A stretch of DNA of 64,000 bases from Methanobacteriota archaeon (GTDB taxonomy: Archaea > Methanobacteriota > Methanobacteria > Methanobacteriales > Methanobacteriaceae), in contig CAWBCJ010000029.1 in NCBI GenBank assembly GCA_963787255.1, forward strand, positions 288,001-352,000, written 5' to 3'. The notes beneath the pieces are model-generated. The model worked only from the letters and a program-made list of their open reading frames with translations. It did no database searches and was not told the origin of the DNA. The translations under genes and the position numbers were made by a program. Below, one piece after another: positions 44,417 to 55,299 of this stretch; within the stretch, counting starts at the first letter, position 1; every line of letters begins with the position of its first letter.

Positions 44417-44860
44417 CTAAGAAATTACATTAACTGGAACTTTTGCTCCCCTAACTACCCGGTCTGTAGTGCTTCCAATAATAAATTTTTCTATCCTATG
44501 TTTACCCGATTTTCCCATTATTACCTGATCCACGCCTTCTTCATCTATTGTTTTTAGTATAACGTCAGCGGGCTTTCCTTCTTTAACCAATGGGATAAGA
44601 TTAACGTTTTTACAATAACCTTGACATTGAGCATCCTCAATTTTTTGTTTAAATGCCTCAATTGCATTTTTTCCTTCTTTCATTAATTGCTTTTCCAGGC
44701 TTTCCCTTAAATCTTGCTGAGGTAACGCTTTTAAGTAATCAGTATCTATTACATACAGCACAATTATATCAGCACCGCTAATGTCTGAATTGGCAATAGC
44801 ATATTCACCTGCAGCCTCTGCCTGTTTTGAACCATCTGTAGGAACTAATATTTTAGTCAT
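44417..44860 (-). CDS. Universal stress protein
   Basis: [23 protein letters not shown] and GSTTDRVVR. Confidence 0.92.
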   Translation of the reverse strand: MTKILVPTDGSKQAEAAGEYAIANSDISGADIIVLYVIDTDYLKALPQQDLRESLEKQLMKEGKNAIEAFKQKIEDAQCQGYCKNVNLIPLVKEGKPADVILKTIDEEGVDQVIMGKSGKHRIEKFIIGSTTDRVVRGAKVPVNVIS

Positions 44861-44961
44861 AAATTTTACCTCCCCATAATATATTAATACACCAATTAGT
44901 TGTTTATGTAATTATAAGAATAAATAAGGAACTATTGATTTGAAGATATTTAATCACTAAA

Positions 44962-45609
44962 TTATTTCTTTATGATTTTTTTATTGATTACTTCCTTCAA
45001 TATGAGTGGAAGAGGTGTCCTATCACCAAAAACACGAGTTTTTCCCGATAAAATACCTTTTAAAATGTTATCCACAGACGAATCCGCATCTACTTCAGTT
45101 ATACAGCTTCCTATAGCTCCAATAAAATGCGCGTCACTTGATCCAATCTGAGGTATTCTCCTTTCTTCTGCCAGTTTTTTAGCCCTCCAGTTAGAATAAC
45201 CAAATATATATCGAGAATTTAAGGTTTCTATGGCATCAATGTCCAGGGTTTTAACGTAATCACATAGACCTTCCCTGTAACGTACGAAAGGATGTGGAAT
45301 TACTGCTATTCCTCCCTGTTCTCTTACCTGTTCTATTGTTTCTTCTGGTGACATTTTGGATTTAATTTCTTCCTGAATTCCAAGAGCAACTATATGGCCT
45401 TTAATGGTACTTATTTCCATTGCAGGGATTATAATAAGGTCTTCAATTCCTTTTGATTCTTTAATGCATTCCATTGATCCTTTTATGGAGTTATGATCTG
45501 CTATTGCAACTGCATCCAGACCTATCTTCCTTGATCTTTCAATTATCTCCTTTGGAGTCATTCGAGAATCGTTAGAATATATGCTGTGAACATGGGGGTC
45601 TATAATCAT
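44962..45609 (-). CDS. PHP-domain phosphoesterase
   Basis: DPHVHS, IADHN, GH, PHP and GSSDAH. Confidence 0.9.
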   Translation of the reverse strand: MIIDPHVHSIYSNDSRMTPKEIIERSRKIGLDAVAIADHNSIKGSMECIKESKGIEDLIIIPAMEISTIKGHIVALGIQEEIKSKMSPEETIEQVREQGGIAVIPHPFVRYREGLCDYVKTLDIDAIETLNSRYIFGYSNWRAKKLAEERRIPQIGSSDAHFIGAIGSCITEVDADSSVDNILKGILSGKTRVFGDRTPLPLILKEVINKKIIKK

Positions 45610-45630
45610 TTAAAAACCTCATATTATTAT

Positions 45631-46680
45631 TTAGGGATATACTTTCGTTTCTTTTAAGTTTGATATAATTGTTTTAATAAGCCCAGATGTGCCTGTCATC
45701 ATCACATCACCTGCAGGAGCGGCGTAATGAACATTTAAATCTGTTTTTTCTAATATCTTTCTGCGGGGTCCAGTGGCAATAACGACTTCAAAATCTCCTA
45801 TAGGTGTCAGTGACCATGCTCCATGACCATTATCGTTGTGAACTTCTTCATGAGTTATGGTTCCATCTGCAAGCTTCTTTGTTAAATCTTCAATCTTTGA
45901 AGGGGTTAATTTACCAGTGTGATGCTCAAAAACGCCGCATATTTTTCCTTTATTGAAGGATGCTGCCAATGTATGTCCATTTCCAATATCCATAACTATA
46001 AATTTATTTAATTGTTTAACATAGCGATCACATGTGGCTCCACATACTGAGGCAAATTTTGAATCCATTATTACAGTATTATATTTTTTAAAGGATCTAA
46101 ATACTGCATTAATTCGGGTAAAGTATTCTGGTGCTCTTCCAAAATAAGCAAATTCTTCTGGAGATCTTGGTCTATTTAATTTTTCCTTTATTTTCATGAA
46201 TCTAAAGTTTCTATCGCCCATACCTTCTTTATATCCATGGTCTTGAACTGCTATCCCCAAATAATCAAAATTTGCGTTCACATCAAATTTAGATAAAGAA
46301 GCTCTTATTGCGTCGATATCTACGTCTTTTAGTTCAATTTTTTCTAAATCTGAATATTGTTTTTCATTATTTTCATCAACAATTTCAATTCCAAGTGATT
46401 TTACGTAATCAAGGTTATCTCTAACTGTTCTGGCTGCATTTTTGGTCATTATTACTTTGTGTCCTTTATTTAGATGATCCTGGAGAGCTTTATTAATAGG
46501 TCCACCACCCATAGTTTCCCCATTTATGAAAATATCACTTTTACATCTTCTTATTCTATCTGCAATTATTTTTGTTGGGGAGGGCATTACCATTTTAACT
46601 GAATTTTCAATGTTTTGGTTTGAATCATAGAGCATAATATCTTGGGTACCTGAACCAACGTCAACTGTCAAAATCTTCAT
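45631..46680 (-). CDS. DUF1786 family protein (actin/ASKHA-like)
   Basis: DVGSGTQD, GETMGGG, AVQDHG, DIGNGHT, FEHHT and GDVMMTG. Confidence 0.8.
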   Translation of the reverse strand: MKILTVDVGSGTQDIMLYDSNQNIENSVKMVMPSPTKIIADRIRRCKSDIFINGETMGGGPINKALQDHLNKGHKVIMTKNAARTVRDNLDYVKSLGIEIVDENNEKQYSDLEKIELKDVDIDAIRASLSKFDVNANFDYLGIAVQDHGYKEGMGDRNFRFMKIKEKLNRPRSPEEFAYFGRAPEYFTRINAVFRSFKKYNTVIMDSKFASVCGATCDRYVKQLNKFIVMDIGNGHTLAASFNKGKICGVFEHHTGKLTPSKIEDLTKKLADGTITHEEVHNDNGHGAWSLTPIGDFEVVIATGPRRKILEKTDLNVHYAAPAGDVMMTGTSGLIKTIISNLKETKVYP

Positions 46681-46745
46681 GTTGTTATATTATAATTTTA
46701 TATATAATCAAATTTTAAGAAAATACGCTCAAGTTTAATATCTAA

Positions 46746-46781
46746 TGTATATATATGTACAACAAAGGTTTAAGTAGTACA
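46746..46781 (+). promoter_or_regulatory. TRP boxes (TrpY operator) flanking the trpB2 TATA box
   Basis: TGTATA-N4-TGTACA at 46746-46761, TTTAAGTA TATA-like box at 46769, and AGTACA at 46776. These match the TGTACA TRP-box consensus known from Methanothermobacter. Confidence 0.75.
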
Positions 46782-46821
46782 ATAAAGTCATATATATTAT
46801 ATTAAGAGAATGGTGATTTAT

Positions 46822-48117
46822 ATGTATAAAGTTACATTATCAGAAAAAGAAATTCCAAAAAAATGGTATAACATAGCTGCTGACTTACCAGTAGAACTTC
46901 CAGCACCAGATCAGACTGAAGAAGGGAAACAATTGGAAAGTTTACCTAAAATATTTTCTAAGGGTGTTTTAGAGCAGGAAATGTCTACAAAACGATGGAT
47001 TGAAATCCCTAAAGAAGTAAGAAAAGTTTACAAAATGATGGGCAGGCCAAGTCCTTTATTCAGGGCAAAAGGCCTAGAAGATCACTTAGATACTCCAGCA
47101 AAAATTTACTACAAAAGGGAAGATTACTCCCCAACAGGGAGTCATAAGCTGAACACGGCTATTGCACAGGCATACTACGCTAAAAAGGATGGTGTAGACC
47201 GCCTAACAACAGAAACTGGTGCAGGACAATGGGGTACGGCTTTATCACTTGCATGTTCGCTTGTAGGTCTTGATTGTACTGTTTACATGGTTAATGTTTC
47301 ATTTACCCAAAAACCCTACAGAAAAACAATAATGCAAATATATGATGGAGAAGTTATACCTTCCCCCAGTGAAAGGACCGAATTTGGAAGAAAAATGTTA
47401 GCTGAAGACCCTAACCATCCCGGATCCCTGGGAATTGCAATATCTGAAGCAATGGAAGAAGCTTTACAGTATGATAACGTTTATTATTCACTTGGAAGTG
47501 TTTTAAATCATGTTCTATTACACCAAACTGTTATTGGACTTGAAACCAAAAAGCAGATGGAAATAATAGGAGAAGACCCTGATGTAATCGTTGGATGCGT
47601 CGGTGGTGGAAGTAACTTCGGAGGAGCCGTTTTCCCATTCATAAAAGACCAGCTTGATGAGAAAATAGACTGTAAATTTATTGCAGCAGAGCCTTCATCA
47701 TGCCCAACACTAACAAAAGGAGAATATAAATACGACTTTGGTGACACTGCTGGTTTAACACCACTTTTAAAGATGTACACCCTTGGACACGACTTTATAC
47801 CCCCATCAGTGCATGCTGGAGGATTACGTTACCATGGAATGGCGCCTTTAGTAGCCCTTCTCCAACATGAAGGGCTTATTGAAGCTCGTTCAGTAAACCA
47901 GAGCGATATTTTCAAGAGTGGTACAACTTTTGCTAAATGCGAAGGAGTAGTTCCAGCTCCAGAAACATGCCACGCTATAAAAATAGGAATTGACGAAGCA
48001 TTGGAGTGTAAGAAGACTAAAGAAGAGAAAAATATAATTATCAACTTCTCTGGACATGGAATGCTTGACCTTAAAGGTTATGACGATTATATAAACGGTA
48101 ATCTTGAAGGTAAATAA
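46822..48117 (+). CDS. trpB2: TrpB2 stand-alone tryptophan synthase beta-like PLP enzyme
   Basis: [40 protein letters not shown] and PAPET. Confidence 0.93.
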   Translation: MYKVTLSEKEIPKKWYNIAADLPVELPAPDQTEEGKQLESLPKIFSKGVLEQEMSTKRWIEIPKEVRKVYKMMGRPSPLFRAKGLEDHLDTPAKIYYKREDYSPTGSHKLNTAIAQAYYAKKDGVDRLTTETGAGQWGTALSLACSLVGLDCTVYMVNVSFTQKPYRKTIMQIYDGEVIPSPSERTEFGRKMLAEDPNHPGSLGIAISEAMEEALQYDNVYYSLGSVLNHVLLHQTVIGLETKKQMEIIGEDPDVIVGCVGGGSNFGGAVFPFIKDQLDEKIDCKFIAAEPSSCPTLTKGEYKYDFGDTAGLTPLLKMYTLGHDFIPPSVHAGGLRYHGMAPLVALLQHEGLIEARSVNQSDIFKSGTTFAKCEGVVPAPETCHAIKIGIDEALECKKTKEEKNIIINFSGHGMLDLKGYDDYINGNLEGK

Positions 48118-48126
48118 ATTCCTTCC

Positions 48127-48426
48127 TTACATCTTTTTTCTTAATTCTTTTTTGTAATCATCTATAACAACTTCATTGATGGCTACATTATACCAATCAA
48201 TGAATTTTTTGACCTCTTTTTCCTTAATTTCCTCTTTACTAATTTCTGAAGGTTTTAATTCAACACTGATTAAAGCAGTTTCGTCTGACTCGTTGTATTT
48301 ATATGAGGTTTTCCTATTATAATGACTTACTACAACTCCAAGCATTTTCTTGTACACCGGATTAATTCCTTCATCTATAAACTGTAATTCTCCATTTTGG
48401 CTGGATTCTTTAAGATATCTTATCAT
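48127..48426 (-). CDS. Hypothetical protein
   Basis: 99-aa ORF with GGTGA RBS and a plausible globular composition. Confidence 0.6.
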   Translation of the reverse strand: MIRYLKESSQNGELQFIDEGINPVYKKMLGVVVSHYNRKTSYKYNESDETALISVELKPSEISKEEIKEKEVKKFIDWYNVAINEVVIDDYKKELRKKM

Positions 48427-48743
48427 TTTTTTTCACCATAGATTGAAAAATTTATTATGTATGCATTTATCTTTCATAATTATTATTATTTTGGAAGCAG
48501 TCTTGAACATGCAAACATTGTAAAACTTAAATTCAAAAATAATCAGCACAAGCACTTAAAAACTAAAACTATATTTCTATGAATCCTGCAAAAACAAAAT
48601 TTTTCTGGCATGCAAAATTTATTATTCTTTGACATGTTGATCCCAAATACAAAGTTATCCCATTTTATAAACATAAAGTAAAACTATATTTATACCGTTT
48701 AATTTATACATTAATTTAGATTATATAATGGAGGGTAAAATTT

Positions 48744-49964
48744 ATGTATCTCATAGGAGAAGCTTTAATAGGAAGCGGGAATGAAATAGCTCACGTTGAT
48801 TTAGTAATAGGGGATAAAAACGGTCCCGCAGGAACTGCATTCGTAAATAGTTTAACACAACTATCAATAGGACACACTCCTTTACTTTCAGTCATCAGGC
48901 CAAATTTACTAACCAAGCCAGCGACTTTAATAATACCTAAAGTAACAGTAGGATGTTTAGAGGATGCTAATAAGATATTTGGTCCAGCACAGACTGCTGT
49001 GGGAAGAGCGGTTGCTGATGCAGTGGAAGAAGGATTAATTCCTGTTGATAAGGCAGAAGACATTGTAATTCTTGCTTCAGTATTCATACACCCAGAAGCA
49101 GAAGATTTCCGTAAGATTTACCAGTACAATTATGGAGCAACCAAATTGGCAATAAGAAGAGCAATGGAAGGATATCCATCCGTAAATAAAGTTTTAGCTG
49201 AAAAAGATAGAGGAGCACACGCAGTAATGGGCTTTAAAGTTGTAAAACTATGGAATCCACCATACTTACAAGTTGCACTTGATTTAGACAACTTTGAAGA
49301 CGTAGAACGGATTATAAACAGTCTTCCAGACCGTGAAAGAATATTACTTGAAGCTGGAACACCACTCATCAAAAAATTTGGTGTTGGAGTTGTAAGCAAA
49401 ATAAGAGAACTTAGAAAAGATGCATTTATCATAGCAGACCTTAAAACCCTTGATGTTGGGAGAATAGAGGTCAAAATAGCTGCAGATGAAACTGCTGACG
49501 CTGTTGCAATTTCCGGACTTGGAACCATTGAATCCATTGAAAAAGCAATCCATGAAGCCCTAAAACAGGGAATATACTCCATATTAGACATGATGAACGT
49601 GGATAACTTCGTTGAAAAACTGCAATCACTCAGATACAAACCAGACATTGTACTTTTACACAGAAACGTTGATCTAGAAACAATGGCAGCCGAAAGAGGA
49701 GAAGCAGAAGTAGAAGTTACCGAATGGGGTAACATAACAGAAATTAAAGAAATCCTAGGTAAAGGAAAACGCGTGGCTGTTGCTGGTGGAGTAACCCCTG
49801 ACAAAGTGGATAAGGCCCTTACAAACGGTGCAGACATAATTGTTGTTGGAAGGTACATCATCGGTTCAAGAGATGTAAGACGAGCTGCAGAAGATTTCTT
49901 AGCACACATGCCTCAAGATCCAGACACAATGAGACTTGCACTTGACGAAGACGAGTCAATCTAA
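48744..49964 (+). CDS. fae-hps: Bifunctional formaldehyde-activating enzyme / 3-hexulose-6-phosphate synthase
   Basis: Fae domain ([29 protein letters not shown]) followed by HPS domain ([21 protein letters not shown]). Confidence 0.95.
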   Translation: MYLIGEALIGSGNEIAHVDLVIGDKNGPAGTAFVNSLTQLSIGHTPLLSVIRPNLLTKPATLIIPKVTVGCLEDANKIFGPAQTAVGRAVADAVEEGLIPVDKAEDIVILASVFIHPEAEDFRKIYQYNYGATKLAIRRAMEGYPSVNKVLAEKDRGAHAVMGFKVVKLWNPPYLQVALDLDNFEDVERIINSLPDRERILLEAGTPLIKKFGVGVVSKIRELRKDAFIIADLKTLDVGRIEVKIAADETADAVAISGLGTIESIEKAIHEALKQGIYSILDMMNVDNFVEKLQSLRYKPDIVLLHRNVDLETMAAERGEAEVEVTEWGNITEIKEILGKGKRVAVAGGVTPDKVDKALTNGADIIVVGRYIIGSRDVRRAAEDFLAHMPQDPDTMRLALDEDESI

Positions 49965-49982
49965 TAAATTAAACACACCAAA

Positions 49983-50006
49983 TAAGCAGGATATACTCCC
50001 TGCTTA
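49983..50006 (+). terminator. Hairpin after fae-hps
   Basis: TAAGCAGG...CCTGCTTA followed by a T tract. Confidence 0.6.
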
Positions 50007-50128
50007 ATCTATTTTTTATTTAAATTAACAAATTTTTATAATCAATACGTTATTCTTAATTCGAAATAATATTTTTAGGGAAGTTTTATTTATTCTTATT
50101 AACCATACACTAACTGGAGGATTATTTT

Positions 50129-50716
50129 ATGATCATTGGAATATGTGGAAGTCCAAGACAACAAGCTACAGATTATGTGCTACATGAAGCTTTAAACATG
50201 TTGGAAGAGAAAGGATTTGAAACTACCTTTTTCAGTGTCCGAGGAAAAGATATAGCAGGTTGCATGCACTGCGATTATTGTTTAAGGGAAGAAGAGTGCA
50301 TTAAAAAAGATGATATGTATGAAGTTTACAATTTAATACGTGATTGTAAAGGAATTATAATGGCATCTCCAAGTTATAATGGTGGAATGAGCGCCCAATT
50401 AAAAGCTGTTTTGGATAGAACACGTGCATTAGGCGCCGTAGATATTAATTTTTTAAGAAATAAGGTGGGAATGGCCATTGCCGTTGGTGGCGACAGAATG
50501 GGCGGCCAGGAACTTGTTATACAGCAGATATTAACTTATTACGTGCTTACAGGTGCGATACCTATAAGTGGTGGCGCATGGGGTGCAAATTTAGGTGCTA
50601 CATTCTGGTCAAAAGACAGTCTTGATGGAGTGAAAAATGATGAAGAAGGGTTTAAGACTCTTAAAAAGACTGTAAACAAATTTTCAGAATTTTTAGATAC
50701 TTACAGTGAAAAATAA
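50129..50716 (+). CDS. Iron-sulfur flavoprotein (Isf, flavodoxin-like)
   Basis: GSPR, CMHCDYC..EEC, SPSY and GGQE. Confidence 0.88.
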   Translation: MIIGICGSPRQQATDYVLHEALNMLEEKGFETTFFSVRGKDIAGCMHCDYCLREEECIKKDDMYEVYNLIRDCKGIIMASPSYNGGMSAQLKAVLDRTRALGAVDINFLRNKVGMAIAVGGDRMGGQELVIQQILTYYVLTGAIPISGGAWGANLGATFWSKDSLDGVKNDEEGFKTLKKTVNKFSEFLDTYSEK

Positions 50717-50970
50717 CTATTTATTTTTTATATTATAATTAAAAAAGATCATAAACCCTATTAAAAATGGGCACATTTTAATGTATTTCCTTAAAATTTA
50801 AAAAGTATTTAATAAAGTCTTTAAATACTATATTTCCCATATTAATGGAAGTATAAAAAAAATTCAATTTGACGAATTTTATTATTTAAACAAATAATTA
50901 TCAAAATTAAATAGTATTAAAAAATATTTAATAAGCTTTCAGTGAATGTTTTATTTTTTCGGTGATTTAA

Positions 50971-52518
50971 TTGGCAAGTTCAAAGATACTAAAGGGAAGC
51001 TTTCTCATAATGGTAAGCTACATATTCTTTCGAATAGGTGGCTTAATATATAGATTTTTAATGAGTAGATTGCTCGGCCCAGATGGTTACGGCCTTGTTG
51101 TCATGACATTACCATTTCAGGGAATTTTTCAGATTTTATCTGCTGCCGGGATCCCTCCAGCTGTCGCTAAATTCGTAGCGCAGCATAAAGCTGTTGGCGA
51201 AGATGATGTGGCAAGACAGGTCATTTTTACATCTTTAAAACTCATGTCAATTTTAGGTATTTTTTTTGCTCTTGTAATGTTCTTCTCTGCTGACTGGATA
51301 GCCCTTAACTGGTTCCATAAGCCAGAAGTTGCCTATCCCCTTAAAGCTGTTGCACTTATAACTCCTTTTAGTGTTATAGTAGGCGCATTTAGAGGAGCTT
51401 TCCAGGGTTTATACAGAATGGAATTTATAGTGGCCACAAGAGCTGCTGAACAGATTTTCACCATTATATTTGCCGTTGTACTTGTATCATTGGGTTTTTA
51501 TGCTGCAGGAGCAGTTATAGGTACTGCATTAGGATTTTTAGCATCTGCAATAACTGCAGTTATAATATTTAGAAAATATTTGTGGAGCTATTTCCCAGAA
51601 CCTACCCCTGAAAATAAATTAAGCTTCAAGGAAGAGTTAGGCCTTATTAGAATAATTTTAGCTTTTTCAATACCTGTTGCAGTTACAGGATTATCTGAGC
51701 TTGCCATATATGATGTTAGTACATTTATGATAGGTAGATACATGACTGCTAAAGATGCAGGATATTATGGGGTTGCAGATCCAATAGCAAGATTACCCCT
51801 CATAATTTCGCTGTCTGTAGCAGCAGCAATACTCCCTGCAGCATCTGAAGCTGCTAGTTTAAATGATAAAAAGCTGCTTGAAACATACATCAATCAATCA
51901 TATCGTTATGTTATTTTACTTGTCCTACCAATTTGTGTAGGTGTTTCTATATTTGCTCAACCTATCCTGGGATTATTATTTGGGTATGATTATATCTATG
52001 GTGCAGGTGCCCTAAGCATTCTCGTTATCGGAATGGCATTTTATACCTTATTTATGGTTTCATCAAGTATTACCCAGGGGATTGGACATCCGCGGCTTCC
52101 TATGACTATTCTCCTTATAGGAACAGCAATAAACATTGCTTTAAATTATGTTATGGTGCAGCTTTATGGACTTATAGGTGCTGCAATAGCTACAACTATG
52201 GCTGCTTTCGTCATAATGGTTGCAATCGTGTGGAAAACCTTCAAGATAACTGAAGTTAATCCTCCTTATCTGGATTTTGTTAGAATAGGGACTGCATCAC
52301 TGGTGATGGGATTAATCATATTTATAATACCTAAAAGTATTTCTGGATTAATAGCTGCCATAATTATAGCCCCAATTGTATATATAATTGCTTTCACACT
52401 CATTGGAGGGTTTAAAATGGACGATATTAGAATAATGAGAAAATATATAGTAAAATTTGGTCCACTATCTAAAGTATTAGAAAAATTAGTTAAATTTATA
52501 GAAAGGTTCGCAAAATAA
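50971..52518 (+). CDS. MOP-family flippase / polysaccharide exporter
   Basis: RLLGPDGYG, GIPPAVAKF, RGAFQG and AGYY, with about 14 TM helices. Confidence 0.88.
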   Translation: MASSKILKGSFLIMVSYIFFRIGGLIYRFLMSRLLGPDGYGLVVMTLPFQGIFQILSAAGIPPAVAKFVAQHKAVGEDDVARQVIFTSLKLMSILGIFFALVMFFSADWIALNWFHKPEVAYPLKAVALITPFSVIVGAFRGAFQGLYRMEFIVATRAAEQIFTIIFAVVLVSLGFYAAGAVIGTALGFLASAITAVIIFRKYLWSYFPEPTPENKLSFKEELGLIRIILAFSIPVAVTGLSELAIYDVSTFMIGRYMTAKDAGYYGVADPIARLPLIISLSVAAAILPAASEAASLNDKKLLETYINQSYRYVILLVLPICVGVSIFAQPILGLLFGYDYIYGAGALSILVIGMAFYTLFMVSSSITQGIGHPRLPMTILLIGTAINIALNYVMVQLYGLIGAAIATTMAAFVIMVAIVWKTFKITEVNPPYLDFVRIGTASLVMGLIIFIIPKSISGLIAAIIIAPIVYIIAFTLIGGFKMDDIRIMRKYIVKFGPLSKVLEKLVKFIERFAK

Positions 52519-52554
52519 TTAAATAGTAAATTTAAAAAGTATGAAGATGATATC

Positions 52555-53262
52555 ATGCCGGACTTTAAAAAAAGGCCAAAATATAAACTGGATATGGAAG
52601 TTGAAATTGGAGAAAGAATTGTATCTTTAAATAACAAAAAATCCCGGCTTCTTCAATGTATAGACAAATGCGGATCAATAGTTAATGCTTCAAAAGAAAC
52701 TGGAATACCCTACAGAACTGCTCTTAAAAATATTGAAATAATGGAAAAAGAGCTCGGTTCCCCAATTGTAACTACCAAAAGAGGCGGAAAAGGTGGTGGC
52801 GGTAGCAGCGAACTCACTGATAGCGGAAAAGAAATTCTGCAAAAATTTATCAAATTGAACAGAGTTATTAAAAAGCACGCCGATTTAAATGAAATAGATG
52901 GTGTTGTATCTTCTATAGATGAAGAAGAAAGAGTAATGATGGTGAAATTGGATAAAAAAGAAATAGTATTACCAATCATTGAGGACTTCAATGTTGGAGA
53001 CACTGTTCTTATTCTGATAGGTCCAAGCGACATATTTGTAACTTTGGAAGCTCAAAAATCCAGTGTTAGGAATATGCTTGAAGGAAAAATAACAGAGATG
53101 AAATTTAAAAAAGATATAGTACGTATGACTGTAAGCATTAATGGTATCGATGTTATTGTTGATATAACTGAATTATCAAGGAAAGAACTTGATTTAAACC
53201 TTGGAAAGCGTGTTTTTATAGGATTTAAAGCAGCTGCATTAGATATAATGAAACGAAACTAA
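52555..53262 (+). CDS. ModE-like regulator (wHTH plus TOBE domain)
   Basis: GSIVNASKETGIPY, RGGKGGG and SSVRN..G.I. Confidence 0.85.
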   Translation: MPDFKKRPKYKLDMEVEIGERIVSLNNKKSRLLQCIDKCGSIVNASKETGIPYRTALKNIEIMEKELGSPIVTTKRGGKGGGGSSELTDSGKEILQKFIKLNRVIKKHADLNEIDGVVSSIDEEERVMMVKLDKKEIVLPIIEDFNVGDTVLILIGPSDIFVTLEAQKSSVRNMLEGKITEMKFKKDIVRMTVSINGIDVIVDITELSRKELDLNLGKRVFIGFKAAALDIMKRN

Positions 53263-53289
53263 CAATATTTAAAAATAGGATTTGGACTA

Positions 53290-53496
53290 ATGAAAATACT
53301 TGTTGACAAAGAAAAATGCACCGGATGCGGAATATGCAAAGAAGAATGCCCTAAAGGAGCCAAAATCTGGAATGTGGAAGATAAAGCCATGGCCACAAAC
53401 CTCCAATTCTGTCATTTATGTACGTTTTGTGCTTCAAAATGTCCTGAACAGGCCATACTTGTAGTTAGAGACGATAATGAACCTCCAGAATCATAG
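53290..53496 (+). CDS. 2x[4Fe-4S] ferredoxin
   Basis: CTGCGICKEECP and CHLCTFCASKCP. Confidence 0.9.
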   Translation: MKILVDKEKCTGCGICKEECPKGAKIWNVEDKAMATNLQFCHLCTFCASKCPEQAILVVRDDNEPPES

Positions 53497-53524
53497 ATTT
53501 TGAGATATTCGATGGGATATAGAG

Positions 53525-54112
53525 ATGATACATATGAAAAGAAGCAATAAATTGAGTAGAAAAACCTCAGAAACAGATATTGAAATTTCACTTGACCTTG
53601 ATGGTAATGGAAAATCTGAGATTGATACTGGAATCGACTTTTTTGACCACATGCTTGATTCCTTTTCAAGGCACGGGTTTTTCGATCTCACTGTAAAAGC
53701 AAAAGGTGATATAAAAGTTGATGACCACCACACAGTTGAAGATATTGGTATTCTTCTTGGAGACGCATTTGCACAGGCTTTAGGAAATAAAAAAGGAATA
53801 AAACGGATGGCACATGCTATAATTCCAATGGATGACGCCTTAGCAACAGTAGCAGTGGATATAAGTGGTAGAAGCTACAGCGTTTTAAATTTTTCCTTTA
53901 AAAAAGCAAAAGTAGGGGATTTAAGCACTGAAAACGTGGAACACTTCTTTGAATCATTTGCAAACCATGCAAGAATAAACATAAATGCAAAAGTTGAAGG
54001 TGAAAATGACCACCACAAAATAGAAGCTCTCTTTAAAGCATTTGCACGAGCATTAAGCGACGCATCACGAATTGAACACGATATTATTCCCAGTACCAAG
54101 GGAATTTTATAA
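53525..54112 (+). CDS. hisB: Imidazoleglycerol-phosphate dehydratase
   Basis: [31 protein letters not shown] and PSTKG. Confidence 0.96.
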   Translation: MIHMKRSNKLSRKTSETDIEISLDLDGNGKSEIDTGIDFFDHMLDSFSRHGFFDLTVKAKGDIKVDDHHTVEDIGILLGDAFAQALGNKKGIKRMAHAIIPMDDALATVAVDISGRSYSVLNFSFKKAKVGDLSTENVEHFFESFANHARININAKVEGENDHHKIEALFKAFARALSDASRIEHDIIPSTKGIL

Positions 54113-54128
54113 TTTTGTACTTTAAAAA

Positions 54129-54575
54129 TTAATACTTTAATTTACTTATTTTTTCACTAATTTTTTGAATTAACACATCTATTTCTAACTTCAACATTCC
54201 AAATTTATCATTTTCATCTTTTACGCCCAATAAATCTTTTTCTATGCCGTTTAATTCGTAAAGATCAATTTCAATATCCATTTCATAATAATCAGATATC
54301 ATTACATCAACTTGATGCAACATCTCGTCAATTTCCCGGTATTGATATAAAATTGACTTTATTTCTTCCTGTATTTCACTTAATCTGGATTTCAAACCTT
54401 CCAACGAATTTAAAGATACTTGAAGATCAGATATTTCTATAACTTCACTGCACGCTTTTTTTGTTTCATCAACTTCAAGGCGCATATTTTCTAATTTGAG
54501 TTTATTAGAACTTGCAAAAAGCATCATATGAGTATAATCATCGTACATTTGCTCAAAATAACTTTTATTCACCAA
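54129..54575 (-). CDS. Acidic coiled-coil hypothetical protein
   Basis: GGAGGT RBS before TTG and a heptad-rich acidic sequence. Confidence 0.6.
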   Translation of the reverse strand: MVNKSYFEQMYDDYTHMMLFASSNKLKLENMRLEVDETKKACSEVIEISDLQVSLNSLEGLKSRLSEIQEEIKSILYQYREIDEMLHQVDVMISDYYEMDIEIDLYELNGIEKDLLGVKDENDKFGMLKLEIDVLIQKISEKISKLKY

Positions 54576-54772
54576 ATACCTCCAAAAAAGGATGTAACCT
54601 ACATCAACCTTCTTTTAATATAATTATGTAAGCCATAATAAAAAAAATTATCCTATCATTTATTTTAGAAAAAGGACAAATAATAAATAAGCTAAGAAAC
54701 GCTTCAAGATTTTAACTATTAGGAATAATTAAAAATGATGCATGCTCTTCTTTAAATAATGGGAGGAATTAA

Positions 54773-55282
54773 ATGGAATTTCTGGATTTAGTTAAATCTA
54801 GGTATAGTGTGAGGGCCTATAAAAACGAGCCCGTTGAAGAGGAAAAATTAGGAAAAATACTCGAAGCAGCACGTTTTGCTCCAACAGCAGTGAATTATCA
54901 ACCTTTTAAGTTAATAGTAATTCATACAGAAGGGCGTGAAGAGGAACTTAAACGTATTTATCAAGCTGAATGGTTCAGCGAAGCGCCTATAATAATCTGT
55001 GTGTGCTGTGAGCCCCATAATGCTTGGGTACGCAGAGATGGTAAAAATTTCGCTGATGTGGACGCTACAATCGTTATGGACCATATAATCCTTGCTGCAA
55101 CAAGTCTAGGGCTTGGAACCTGTTGGATTGGCGCTTTTGACGCTGAAGCTGCGCGAGAAATTCTAAAAATACCGGAAGATGTCCAACCCCTGGTTTTTAC
55201 GCCGATTGGATACCCTGCAGACGAAATGGGTGAGAAAAAAAGAAAGGAATTATCTAAAATTGTTATGTATGAACACTGGTGA
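54773..55282 (+). CDS. Nitroreductase family protein
   Basis: RYSVRAY, APTAVNYQP and GLGTCWIG. Confidence 0.92.
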   Translation: MEFLDLVKSRYSVRAYKNEPVEEEKLGKILEAARFAPTAVNYQPFKLIVIHTEGREEELKRIYQAEWFSEAPIIICVCCEPHNAWVRRDGKNFADVDATIVMDHIILAATSLGLGTCWIGAFDAEAAREILKIPEDVQPLVFTPIGYPADEMGEKKRKELSKIVMYEHW

Positions 55283-55299
55283 AGAAACAGTATTATTGA

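Noticed and set aside
49130-49909. 259-aa antisense ORF inside fae-hps
   Set aside because: It is a shadow frame of a codon-biased gene with no RBS or motifs. The many shorter antisense ORFs in mtd, gatA, the P-type ATPase and others were rejected for the same reason.
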